Below are positions 19,017 through 28,168 of a stretch of DNA of 64,000 bases, one piece after another. The DNA is taken from the NCBI GenBank assembly GCA_012839485.1, contig DUNF01000058.1:1272-65271 (forward strand), written 5' to 3'. Positions within the stretch are counted from its first letter, which is position 1, and each line of letters starts with the position of its first letter. The position numbers and the translations under genes are program-made. This stretch comes from Acholeplasmataceae bacterium (GTDB lineage: Bacteria; Bacillota_I; Bacilli_A; ML615J-28; CAG-698). Below the pieces are notes generated by a model, which did not search any database, was not told the origin of the DNA, and saw only the letters and a list, made by a program, of their open reading frames with translations.

Positions 19017-19983
19017 ACAATTTACTAAAGATCAATTGCCAGCTTTAATAAAGCTTTGGAATGAAAATGCAACAGGAGAAAATGGGATTTTTAAGCCTTG
19101 GACGGAAGAATTATTTACAAATAAATTCTTAAATAATCCACATTTTAAGAATGAAAGTTTAGTTTTATTATATAAAGAGAATGAGTTAATTGGGGCTGGA
19201 CAAGCTAATTTTACTAATCAAAATCCAGAAAGTCCTGGTTTTATTACGTTTGTAGTGGTAAAGAAAGAGTATCAAAGACAAGGATATGGAACGCAAATTT
19301 TAGAAAAATTAGAGCAATATTTGAAGGATAATGGCAAAACTTTTGTTCGTTGTTACTTTGGAAACCCAACAAATTTAGAATGGTATGTACCTGGATATGA
19401 TAAACATAACCATCCAGGAGCGCCAGCAGTTGAGTTTAATTCAGCTTATTATTTCCTACTTCTAAGCTATGGATACAACGCTAATGGACAGTTAGATGCT
19501 TTTCATTTAGAGCTTGAAAATTATGAGTTACCAGAGTATGTAGTTAATAAGAAAAAGGAAAATGAAAAAGATGGTTATTATATAGATTTCTTTGATGAAG
19601 AAAAAGACTATGGTTTAAAAGAATTGTTTGAAGATTTAAATAGTCCTACATGGTTTGAGGAAATTGAAAGACAAAGAAAACTTGGCAATTTAAATAAATT
19701 ATTAGTTGTAAAGAAAGATCATTGTGCTTTAGGTTTTACTGGTCCAATCTTTACTGAACCTTCAGGAAGAGGTTATCTATCAGGGGTAGGAATTCATTCA
19801 AAGGTTAGAGCAAGAGGTTTAGGTAAAACAATGTTTTGCGAGCTTTGTTTGAGGTCAAAAGAAAATGGGGCTAAATTTATGACTCTATTTACTGGTAGCG
19901 ATAATAAAGCACGTAATATTTATTTGTATGCAGGGATGAGAATTGTAAAGTCTTTCGCAATTATGAGAAAGGATTTTAAATGA
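19006..19983 (+). CDS. Tandem-GNAT acetyltransferase
   Basis: Two GNAT cores (VVVKKEYQRQGYGTQILEKLE and GIHSKVRARGLGKTMF). ATG at 19006 follows AAAGGA; the track start is 18988. Confidence 0.65.
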   Translation: MKFKQFTKDQLPALIKLWNENATGENGIFKPWTEELFTNKFLNNPHFKNESLVLLYKENELIGAGQANFTNQNPESPGFITFVVVKKEYQRQGYGTQILEKLEQYLKDNGKTFVRCYFGNPTNLEWYVPGYDKHNHPGAPAVEFNSAYYFLLLSYGYNANGQLDAFHLELENYELPEYVVNKKKENEKDGYYIDFFDEEKDYGLKELFEDLNSPTWFEEIERQRKLGNLNKLLVVKKDHCALGFTGPIFTEPSGRGYLSGVGIHSKVRARGLGKTMFCELCLRSKENGAKFMTLFTGSDNKARNIYLYAGMRIVKSFAIMRKDFK

Positions 19984-21263
19984 AAAAAATAAAAAGAGAT
20001 CTAAAAGAAGGATATGTTACTTATTTTAGAAGCGATGAGCCAGTATTGATTCCTGAAAAAATAGAAGAAAAAGATGCTTTAAGGGGAGTTTGGGTATCAA
20101 CTGTAGCTAATATTGATTTACCAAAAATGAAAGATGTAGCAAGCTATAAAAAGCATTTAGATGATATTATTAAAACAGTAAAAGAATATAAAATGAATGC
20201 AGTTATCTTTCAAGTAAGACCTACTAATGATGCTTTCTATGAATCAGAGTTAAATCCTTGGAGTGCTTATATTACTGGTGAGCAAGGAAAATATCCTGGT
20301 TTTGATGTCTTTGGTTATTTTGTAGAGAAAGCTAAAAAGGCAGGAATTGAAGTTCATGCTTGGCTTAATCCATATCGTGTTAGTCAAGTTACTTTGGATA
20401 AGTTAGAAATGACCAAAGAAAAATTTTTAGCTTCGCTTCCTGATAAAAGTTTTGCTAAGAAAAACCCACATTTAGTTATGGAAACTAGCCGTAAAGCTTT
20501 AATTTTAGACCCAGCATCAAAAGAAGTTCAAGAATTTGTAAGTGATACAGCTTTAGAGATTGCCAAAAAATATGATGTTAAAGCTATTCATATGGATGAT
20601 TATTTCTATCCATATGAAGAATATGTAGATCCTAATGAAGAGAAGAAACAATACCAAGTTGGTATTAAAAACAAATCCGATTTTAGAAGGTACAATGTAA
20701 CTTGTTTGATTAAATTGATGAAAGAAAAGTTAGATACATTAGATCGCAAAGTTGAATTTGGTATTAGTCCTTTTGGTATTTATAGAACTAATACTAAATA
20801 TTCTTCTAAAGAAAGTGCTTGGGAATATGGTTCAAACAATGATGAATCTTGTTTCAATTGTTATGAAGGCTTATATGCAGATATCTATTATTGGATGGAA
20901 AAAGGTTATATTGACTATGTAGTTCCTCAAGATTACTTTAATTTGGATTATTATAAAGTTTTAGAAGATGGCAGCGAAAAAGAAATTGTTAAGTATGCTG
21001 ATTTAGCTAAGTGGTGGAATGAAGCCTCTAAAAAAACAAAAACAAAACTTTATATCGGTATGGGTTTATATCGTATGGGTGGTACTAATCAATGGGCAAA
21101 CCCAGATGAAATCAAAAATCAATTGTTATTTAACAGCACTTTAGATTGTGTTTCTGGGGAAATTTTCTTTACTTATCACAACTTAACTGATACAGTAGAC
21201 AAATATCCTGAGGCTCAAAAGTCAATTAAAAGTCTATGGACAAAAGAAGTAAAAAGCATTTAA
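19980..21263 (+). CDS. Glycosyl hydrolase-like 10 (GHL10, YngK/YddW family) protein, no signal peptide
   Basis: LRGVWVSTVANIDLP, NAVIFQVRPTNDAFY and HAWLNPYR are characteristic of PF02638-type proteins as I recall them. Confidence 0.6.
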   Translation: MKKIKRDLKEGYVTYFRSDEPVLIPEKIEEKDALRGVWVSTVANIDLPKMKDVASYKKHLDDIIKTVKEYKMNAVIFQVRPTNDAFYESELNPWSAYITGEQGKYPGFDVFGYFVEKAKKAGIEVHAWLNPYRVSQVTLDKLEMTKEKFLASLPDKSFAKKNPHLVMETSRKALILDPASKEVQEFVSDTALEIAKKYDVKAIHMDDYFYPYEEYVDPNEEKKQYQVGIKNKSDFRRYNVTCLIKLMKEKLDTLDRKVEFGISPFGIYRTNTKYSSKESAWEYGSNNDESCFNCYEGLYADIYYWMEKGYIDYVVPQDYFNLDYYKVLEDGSEKEIVKYADLAKWWNEASKKTKTKLYIGMGLYRMGGTNQWANPDEIKNQLLFNSTLDCVSGEIFFTYHNLTDTVDKYPEAQKSIKSLWTKEVKSI

Positions 21264-21286
21264 AAAGAGCATAAAATGCTCTTTTT
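21260..21286 (+). repeat. Direct repeat copy 1: stop codon plus terminator hairpin of the GHL10 gene
   Basis: TTAAAAAGAGCATAAAATGCTCTTTTT; identical 27-mer recurs at 21945-21971. AGAGCAT/ATGCTCT stem followed by a T run. Confidence 0.9.
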
Positions 21287-21375
21287 ATTTTAGATAATTG
21301 TTGCAATTTGTAGTTGTTTGTATTACACTATTAGTAGGAAAGTAGGAATTTCCAACAACAAAAGGAGGAATAAAT

Positions 21376-21645
21376 ATGATTGTTGAATTAAGAAAAAAAG
21401 CACAGATTACATTGCCGAAGAAAATTGTAGATCAATTAAATTTGTACGAAGGTGATAAGTTTGAAATATCTGTAAAAAATGGAATTATAATGCTTGAACC
21501 TGTTGCTATTTATCCTAAAGAATATATTGATAAGTTAGCGAAAGAAATTAGGTTACTTAAAGAGGATTCAAACTATAAAGACAAAGCATTTGATAATGTT
21601 GAGGATTTAATAAAGTATTTAAAACAAAGGGATAAAAGTGTATAA
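21376..21645 (+). CDS. AbrB/MazE/SpoVT-family antitoxin
   Basis: MIVELRKKAQITLPKKIVDQLNLYEGDKFEISVKNGIIMLEPV is a SpoVT-AbrB swapped-hairpin domain. SD AAAGGAGG. Confidence 0.8.
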   Translation: MIVELRKKAQITLPKKIVDQLNLYEGDKFEISVKNGIIMLEPVAIYPKEYIDKLAKEIRLLKEDSNYKDKAFDNVEDLIKYLKQRDKSV

Positions 21646-21900
21646 ACTATTATTAACTGAAAATTTTGAAAAAGCTTTTAATGACTTAACCAAAAAAGAA
21701 CAATCGCTATTTTATAAAAAATGAGATTGTTTGTTGAAAACATACTACACCCTTCGTTTAGAACTAAAAAACTTCGAGGACAAGAAGATTTGTATGAAAG
21801 CAGTATTAATATGGATATAAGAATTATTTGGTATTTTGAAGGAGATGAATTAATTGTCCTTATTGATATTGGACATCATGATATATTAAATAAATATTAG
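21638..21900 (+). pseudogene. RelE/ParE-family toxin gene interrupted by a -1 frameshift in an A6 run
   Basis: GTG at 21638 overlaps the antitoxin end by 8 nt. Frame 1 gives MYKLLLTENFEKAFNDLTKKEQSLFYKK, then TGA at 21722. The +1 frame continues MRLFVENILHPSFRTKKLRGQEDLYESSINMDIRIIWYFEGDELIVLIDIGHHDILNKY to TAG at 21898-21900. Adding one A to the run at 21716-21721 gives an 87-aa RelE/ParE-like protein. Confidence 0.75.
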
Positions 21901-21944
21901 TGTTTTCTAATTAATAAAACTATTTTAAAGTTGAATTATTTTGA

Positions 21945-21971
21945 TTAAAAAGAGCATAAAATGCTCTTTTT
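21945..21971 (+). repeat. Direct repeat copy 2 (terminator hairpin)
   Basis: Identical 27-mer to 21260-21286, here followed by a longer T run. Probably terminates the TA cassette. Confidence 0.9.
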
Positions 21972-21986
21972 TTATTCAATTTGCCC

Positions 21987-22015
21987 TTGAAAAAAAATGG
22001 GTTTTGTAGTATAAT
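21987..22015 (+). promoter_or_regulatory. SigA promoter of the 15.9-kb glycan-uptake operon
   Basis: TTGAAA, 17 nt, TATAAT. A 7-1-7 AT palindrome TTATATAgTATATAA follows at 22020-22034. Confidence 0.6.
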
Positions 22016-22054
22016 TTTGTTATATAGTATATAAACTCAAAACGAAAGGAATGA

Positions 22055-23917
22055 TTGAAATTGTATAAGATTTACCCAAAAGTAAAGTATATTAAATATA
22101 CGAAAGATGAATTTACAAAGAAAGACAAGTATTCCGTTTTTTTTACTGAAAATTTAGAAAACGTTTTTACAAACCTAAAGAGTTTTATTAAAGTAAAAAA
22201 AACTAGGAAAGTTGGGGATATTAATTTTATCTATGAAAAAGCAAGATCGGTTCAAACTTACAAACTTGTTATTGAAAAAGATAAAATTGATGTTTATTAC
22301 AATGATGCTAGTGGTGCTTATTACGCAAGCCAAACTTTAAAGCAAATTTTTAAATCTGAAAAGTTAGAAACTGTAGAGATTTGGGATGAACCTAAATTAT
22401 TAGTTAGAGGATTTACTTTAGATATTAGTCGTAATAAAGTGCCTTCATTAAAGACTATCTATAAAATCATTGACCTTATGGCTGAGCTAAAGATGAATCA
22501 TTTTGAGTTATATGTAGAGGGTTTTAGTTATGAGTATGACTTTGCAAGAAAGCATCTATTAGAAGATGGTTATATTACGAAAGAAGAATATAAATTGATT
22601 GAAGATTACTGTTTTGCAAGAGAAATAGATTTTGTTCCTAACCAAAATGGTTTTGGTCATATGGGACCTTGGCTAGCTACTAAAGAATATAAAGATTTGG
22701 CTATTTGTCCTGATGGAGCATTTTATTGGGGAAGACATAGAAGCCCAGTAACATTAGATCCAAAAGACCCAAGATCAATTCAACTTGTAAGCAAGATGTA
22801 TGAAGAGATGCTTCCTAACCGAAAATCTAAATATTTCAATATTAACTTTGATGAACCAATGGAACTTGGTATGGGGAAGACTAAGGAACTTGTGGAAAAG
22901 GAAGGTTTAAGTAATGTTTATTTAGATTATTTAAATCTTGTTTTAGAAGAAGTTAAAAAATATAATAAAACACCGATTATGTGGGGGGATGTTTTAATCA
23001 AAGACCAGGAAGCTTTGAAGAAACTACCTAAAGATATTATTTTTGTAGACTGGGGATATGATGCAACTTATAAGTTTTCTGAAACATTAAAAACTTTAGG
23101 AACTTTGAATATTAAGTTTGGAGCTGCTCCTGGTACTACAAGTTGGTGTAGCTTTACAGGAAGAACACAAGACTTTATTGAGAATATTAAAAGTGCTTGT
23201 GACAATGTTTATAAATACAATGGTTTAGGTATTTTACTAACTGATTGGGGTGATGCGGGACACTTGCAATTACTTCCATCAATTGTAGCACCTTTAGTAT
23301 TTGCAGGGTTTTATTCTTGGAGCCTGCAAGAAGGTGAAATGCTTAATGTAACTAAGTATTTAAACGAAGAAGTATTCCAAGATGAAAAAGGAAATTTTGC
23401 CCAAATATTACTTGGTATTGGTAATTATTATCAATTTGAAAATTACTACATTACAAATGCTACTTTAACTTTCTTTGGTTATATGTGGGCAGATTATGCT
23501 TTAAAGCAAGAAAAGCCATTAGATTATTACTATGAGAAAATTAAAAATAGTGTTATTGAAGATGTTAAATATAAAGCATTAGTAGAGTATTTAGAACTAT
23601 ATCGCAAAGGATTAAAAAACACTAAATTAAAGATTAAAGATAAGAAATTAGTTTTAGCTGAAATTAATCAAAGTATTGATTTAGTTTTAGTTACAAGATT
23701 ATTAATGCAAAGCTTTAATCCTAAATTAGATAAAAACAATAAACTTAAATTATTAGAAAAATTGTTTAAGAATGCAAAGATTTTAGAAAAACAAAAAGAA
23801 TTATGGCTAGCTAGAAATAAGAAAAGCAATTTAGCTGAGTCAATTGAGATGTTAGAGGCTGTCTTTAAATTAGGTAAGCTTCACTACAAAGCATTACAAG
23901 GAGAAAACTATGAGTAA
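22055..23917 (+). CDS. GH20-like beta-N-acetylhexosaminidase-family protein, no signal peptide
   Basis: N-terminal GH20b-like segment (ASGAYYASQTLKQIF), then VRGFTLDISRNKVPSLKTIYKIIDLMAELKMNHFELYVEG (TIM-barrel start) and NINFDEPMELG in the position of the HxGGDE catalytic motif. TTG start; 22061 is an alternative. Confidence 0.6.
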   Translation: MKLYKIYPKVKYIKYTKDEFTKKDKYSVFFTENLENVFTNLKSFIKVKKTRKVGDINFIYEKARSVQTYKLVIEKDKIDVYYNDASGAYYASQTLKQIFKSEKLETVEIWDEPKLLVRGFTLDISRNKVPSLKTIYKIIDLMAELKMNHFELYVEGFSYEYDFARKHLLEDGYITKEEYKLIEDYCFAREIDFVPNQNGFGHMGPWLATKEYKDLAICPDGAFYWGRHRSPVTLDPKDPRSIQLVSKMYEEMLPNRKSKYFNINFDEPMELGMGKTKELVEKEGLSNVYLDYLNLVLEEVKKYNKTPIMWGDVLIKDQEALKKLPKDIIFVDWGYDATYKFSETLKTLGTLNIKFGAAPGTTSWCSFTGRTQDFIENIKSACDNVYKYNGLGILLTDWGDAGHLQLLPSIVAPLVFAGFYSWSLQEGEMLNVTKYLNEEVFQDEKGNFAQILLGIGNYYQFENYYITNATLTFFGYMWADYALKQEKPLDYYYEKIKNSVIEDVKYKALVEYLELYRKGLKNTKLKIKDKKLVLAEINQSIDLVLVTRLLMQSFNPKLDKNNKLKLLEKLFKNAKILEKQKELWLARNKKSNLAESIEMLEAVFKLGKLHYKALQGENYE

Positions 23918-26900
23918 AAATAAGAAAGAATCTCAAGAAAAAGTTGAAGATGTTCAACAAGTAGAACAACAAAAAGAAGCAGTAGCAATTGAAGATGTTA
24001 AGATAACTACTGTGAACTATGATTTAGTTGATTCAAGCGAAAGTAAGTTAAAGCGTAGAACTAATCGCGTGAAGATGATTAAACGAGCAATTTGGCTTAC
24101 AATTTTAGTTTTAATCATGACTATTTTAGTAGTTTCAATTGTGAAGAGTTTTAGACCCGATAGAACAACATCTGATTCAACAATCCCAGAAGAATTATAT
24201 CCAGAAGGTGATTACAATAATTACTTAAGAGCTAAAGCTACAGGTATTACTGATCCTCAAAGGTTAGAAGTACTGGACTTTGATAAAGATATTAAACCAT
24301 TACTTGTAATGCCACAAATTGAAAGTATAGCAGTTAATTTAACTACTGGAGTAGCATCACCAGGATCAATTGATTTTAAATATATAGATGCAGATGATCC
24401 ATATAGCTCAATTGTTTTACCAAATGGGGAAACAAGAGCTGGATATTATACATCAGAAACAGGAAGTGTTACTTTTTCTGTTGATGTTCCAGAGGCTGGA
24501 TTCTATTATTTGAGTTTAGTATATTACGCAGAGAAATCTCGTGATGAAACTTTAAATATTAGAGAAACTAGTGGTGGAGCTAATATTGAAAGAAAAGTTT
24601 TAATTAATGGCCAATTACCATTTGATAGTGCTGGACACATTAGATTTTATAGAATGTGGAAAGATAGAGCAGCAATTGTTCAAGACATTAATGGTAATGA
24701 TATGAAACCATCACAAATGGAAGTATTTGATTTAAGTACAGCTTATGTAAGAGATTATACTGGTTATGTAATAGAACCATATATGTTCCATTTTAAATCG
24801 GGAGCTAATACAATTACTTTTGAGTCTGTTAGAGAAAATATGAGTATTATAGAGTTAAAACTAGAATCGGTTCCAGCAATTGTTACTTATCAAGATTATT
24901 TAAATCAACATCAAGACAAAGCAGAACCAGGTGAAGTAATGTTACAAGTTGAAGGTGAAGATTCGACAAAACGTTCATCTCCAACTTTATATGCAATTGC
25001 TGATCGTACTTCTCCAACAAACACTCCATCGCATCCAGTTAAAGTAACACTAAACTCAATTGGTGGTACAAAATGGACAGCACCTGGAGATTGGATTGAA
25101 TGGGAAGTTGATGTAGAAGAAGCAGGAATGTATGAACTTAGCTTTAAGGCTAAACAAAATACAGCTCGTGGACTTTTCTCTACAAGAAGATTATATATTA
25201 ATGGTGAAATTCCATTTATTGAAGCTAATAGTTCTAATTTTAATTACAGTACAAATTGGCGATTAGTTACGATGGGAAATAGTGAAGAAAACTATAAATT
25301 CTATTTCCATGAAGGTATTAATACAATTAGACTAGAATCTACACTTGGGGCTTATGGTAGTCCTATAAACAAAGTTAGAAATGTAGTTAATAGTTTAAAT
25401 AATATGTACTTGCAAATTATTTCAATAACTACAGTAAACCCAGACCCATATCAAGAATATCACTTATATGGAGACAATGCTCGTATTGTTGGTTTACTAG
25501 AATGTTTTGAAGAAAATGCTCAAGAATTAAGAGAAGTATCAGCCTATATTACTGAACTTTCAGGAGAAAAAGGAAGTTTAGTATCAGTACTAGATACAAT
25601 GGCAATTCAGCTTGAATCATTTTTAGAAAAGCCAAGAACAATTCAAGAAAGATTAGGAACGTTTGTTCAAAACTTATCTTCACTTGGAACTTGGATTACT
25701 AGTATTCAAGAACAATCACTAACAGTAGAAGCTTTATATGTTTCTAGTAGTGATGCAGAATTACCAAAACCAAATGCTGATTGGTTTAGTGATGTTTGGT
25801 TTGATATTAAAGCTTTCTTTATGACTTTCTTCTTTGATTATCAATCAATTGGAGTAACAAACGCTGAAGGTTTTGATAAAGAAATTGAAGTGTGGTTTTT
25901 AACTAGTGCTGTTGCCGGTAGGGAACAAGCTAACGCAATGAAGACTTTGTGTGACACAACATTTGTTAATCAAAAAGGAATTAACGTTATTTTAAAGGTT
26001 GTAGATCCGGGAGTATTATTACCGGCTACACTTGCTGGTACAGGTCCAGATGTAGCCTTGAACGTTTATAACGGATTACCTGTAAACTATGCTTTAAGAA
26101 ATGCTGCTTATGATATTACTCAATTTGATGACTTCCGATATGAAGTTACTGAATATGGTGTTAAGGTATGGCTAGATGGTGAAGCTAATCCAAGATTTGC
26201 TGATAGTGCAATGACGCCTTATGCTTTACAAAAGACAGCAGATATTCATGATTTAGAGTTTTATGCTTTACCAATCACTCAATCTTTCTTAGTTACTTTC
26301 TATCGTAAAGATATTTTCCAAGAAAGAGGTTGGACAGTACCTAAAACTTGGGATGAAGTTACAAGTTTAGTAACAGAGTTACAAATTTCTAACTTACAGT
26401 TCTATTTACCACTAAGTGCAGTTGGAGCATCAGCAGCAGTAAACCAAGTGTTCTCATCAATGTTATTCCAAAATGGTGGTGATTTCTATACTGAAGATAA
26501 AACAGCTACAGCCTTAGATAGCGAAGAAGCAATGCAATCATTTGAAACTTGGGTTAAGTATTATACAGATTATTCTTTCCCAACAGCCGCAAGCTTCTTA
26601 AATAGATTTAGAACTGGTGAAACTCCAATTGGAGTTGTAGATTATACAATTTTTAACTACTTAGCTGTATTCGCACCAGAGATTACTGGTAAATGGGGTT
26701 TTGCACCGATTCCAGGTGTGAGAAATCCAGAAACAGGTGTTATCAATAACAAAGGTGCATCAAGTGGAACAGCAGGTATTATTATGAAACAAGCAAAAGA
26801 TCCTGAGTCTAGTTGGGAATTCTTAAAGTGGGTTACATCAGCCCCAACTCAACTATCATATGCTCAGGAATTAGAGTCAATTTTAGGTTCAGCAGCTCGT

Positions 26901-27170
26901 CATAATACAGCTAATATGGAAGCATTCAAGAGTATGGCTTGGACAGTAGAAGAAAAAGATATTCTATTATCACAATGGGTTAATACAATTGGTATTCCAG
27001 AAGTAGCTGGTGGTTACTATACAGGAAGAAACGTAGAGAATGCCTTTAGAAAAACGATTAACGAAAAGTTAAATCCTAGAGAAGTACTACTTACCTATGT
27101 AGATACTATTAATGCCGAGTTAACAAAGAAAAGAAAAGAATTTGGTTTTATAACTAGAGAGGATGAATAA
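23910..27170 (+). CDS. Giant membrane-anchored extracellular solute-binding protein with two CBM-like beta-sandwich modules
   Basis: 1086 aa. Charged N-terminus, then one TM (AIWLTILVLIMTILVVSIV). Two segments with the CBM6/35-like pattern (GSVTFSVDVPEAGFYYLSLVYYA; GDWIEWEVDVEEAGMYELSFKAK). The C-terminal ~430 aa resemble family-1 sugar SBPs (GTGPDVAL, VPKTWDEVTSL). Confidence 0.65.
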   Translation: MSKNKKESQEKVEDVQQVEQQKEAVAIEDVKITTVNYDLVDSSESKLKRRTNRVKMIKRAIWLTILVLIMTILVVSIVKSFRPDRTTSDSTIPEELYPEGDYNNYLRAKATGITDPQRLEVLDFDKDIKPLLVMPQIESIAVNLTTGVASPGSIDFKYIDADDPYSSIVLPNGETRAGYYTSETGSVTFSVDVPEAGFYYLSLVYYAEKSRDETLNIRETSGGANIERKVLINGQLPFDSAGHIRFYRMWKDRAAIVQDINGNDMKPSQMEVFDLSTAYVRDYTGYVIEPYMFHFKSGANTITFESVRENMSIIELKLESVPAIVTYQDYLNQHQDKAEPGEVMLQVEGEDSTKRSSPTLYAIADRTSPTNTPSHPVKVTLNSIGGTKWTAPGDWIEWEVDVEEAGMYELSFKAKQNTARGLFSTRRLYINGEIPFIEANSSNFNYSTNWRLVTMGNSEENYKFYFHEGINTIRLESTLGAYGSPINKVRNVVNSLNNMYLQIISITTVNPDPYQEYHLYGDNARIVGLLECFEENAQELREVSAYITELSGEKGSLVSVLDTMAIQLESFLEKPRTIQERLGTFVQNLSSLGTWITSIQEQSLTVEALYVSSSDAELPKPNADWFSDVWFDIKAFFMTFFFDYQSIGVTNAEGFDKEIEVWFLTSAVAGREQANAMKTLCDTTFVNQKGINVILKVVDPGVLLPATLAGTGPDVALNVYNGLPVNYALRNAAYDITQFDDFRYEVTEYGVKVWLDGEANPRFADSAMTPYALQKTADIHDLEFYALPITQSFLVTFYRKDIFQERGWTVPKTWDEVTSLVTELQISNLQFYLPLSAVGASAAVNQVFSSMLFQNGGDFYTEDKTATALDSEEAMQSFETWVKYYTDYSFPTAASFLNRFRTGETPIGVVDYTIFNYLAVFAPEITGKWGFAPIPGVRNPETGVINNKGASSGTAGIIMKQAKDPESSWEFLKWVTSAPTQLSYAQELESILGSAARHNTANMEAFKSMAWTVEEKDILLSQWVNTIGIPEVAGGYYTGRNVENAFRKTINEKLNPREVLLTYVDTINAELTKKRKEFGFITREDE

Positions 27171-27172
27171 GT

Positions 27173-28168
27173 ATGGCTGAAAAAGTTATAGCAGATAATC
27201 AGGCTATTAAGAAAAGAAGATCTTTTCGTGAGTGGAAAGAAGATACTGCTCGCCGTTTAGATGTTTGGAGCAGGAAAAAGCCAGCAAGAAGAAAATTTTG
27301 GTTAAATAAAACATTATATTTAATGATGGTTCCTTATTTAGCATTATTTTTCTTATTTACTGTTTTACCTGTTTTAATGAGCTTCTTCTTAAGTTTTACA
27401 TATTTCAACTTACTTGAAGCTCCAAAATTTATCGGTTGGTCAAACTACTTAACACTATTATTAGATGATCCAATTTTCATTGTAGCGGTGCAAAATACTT
27501 TAATTATTGCGATTATTACTGGGCCACTTGGATATATAATTTCCTTTGTCTTAGCTTGGTTAATTAATGAATTACCAGATAAACTAAGAGCATTTATAAC
27601 TTTAATTTTCTATGCTCCATCTATTTCTGGAGGAGCGATTACAATTTGGAGTTTGATTTTCTCTAGTGATATTTATGGTTATGCCAATTCTTTCTTAATC
27701 AATTGGGGATTTATTAGAGAACCTATTCTTTGGCTTCAAACAGAAAAATACATATTGCCGATTGTAATTATTGTTCAGCTTTGGATGAGCTTAGGGGTTA
27801 ACTTCTTAACCTTAATTGCTGGTCTAAAAGGTGTAGACAGATCACAATACGAAGCAGCAGCAGTTGATGGTGTTAAAAACCGTTGGCAAGAGTTATGGTA
27901 TATTACTTTACCAAACATGAGACCACAGCTTTTATTTAGTGCTGTGTTGCAAATCTCTGCATCACTTGGTGTTGGTGCTGTAACTACTGCTTTAGCTGGT
28001 TTCCCTTCAATTAACTATGCCGGTCATACAATTGTAAACCACTTACAAGACTATGGTGGACAAAGATTTGAGATGGGTTATGCCTCAGCAATTGCCACAA
28101 TCCTTTTCGTTTCGGCGATAGCATTAAATAAATTAATTAGAAAAATTATTGGAAGGGTGGGATCATAA
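27173..28168 (+). CDS. Carbohydrate ABC transporter permease (MalF/BPD_transp_1 type), pair 1
   Basis: Six TMs and an EAA-like loop AAAVDGVKNRWQELWYITLPNMRP. Basic ~50-aa N-terminal tail. Confidence 0.85.
   Translation: MAEKVIADNQAIKKRRSFREWKEDTARRLDVWSRKKPARRKFWLNKTLYLMMVPYLALFFLFTVLPVLMSFFLSFTYFNLLEAPKFIGWSNYLTLLLDDPIFIVAVQNTLIIAIITGPLGYIISFVLAWLINELPDKLRAFITLIFYAPSISGGAITIWSLIFSSDIYGYANSFLINWGFIREPILWLQTEKYILPIVIIVQLWMSLGVNFLTLIAGLKGVDRSQYEAAAVDGVKNRWQELWYITLPNMRPQLLFSAVLQISASLGVGAVTTALAGFPSINYAGHTIVNHLQDYGGQRFEMGYASAIATILFVSAIALNKLIRKIIGRVGS

Noticed and set aside
21716-21724. Programmed ribosomal frameshift at the A6 run in the RelE/ParE toxin
   Set aside because: Restoring the frame needs +1 slippage or transcriptional A insertion. 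No downstream stimulatory structure or slippery heptamer of the known -1 type is evident. A simple indel (pseudogene, phase variation or homopolymer sequencing error) is more parsimonious. It is kept as an alternative in the finding.
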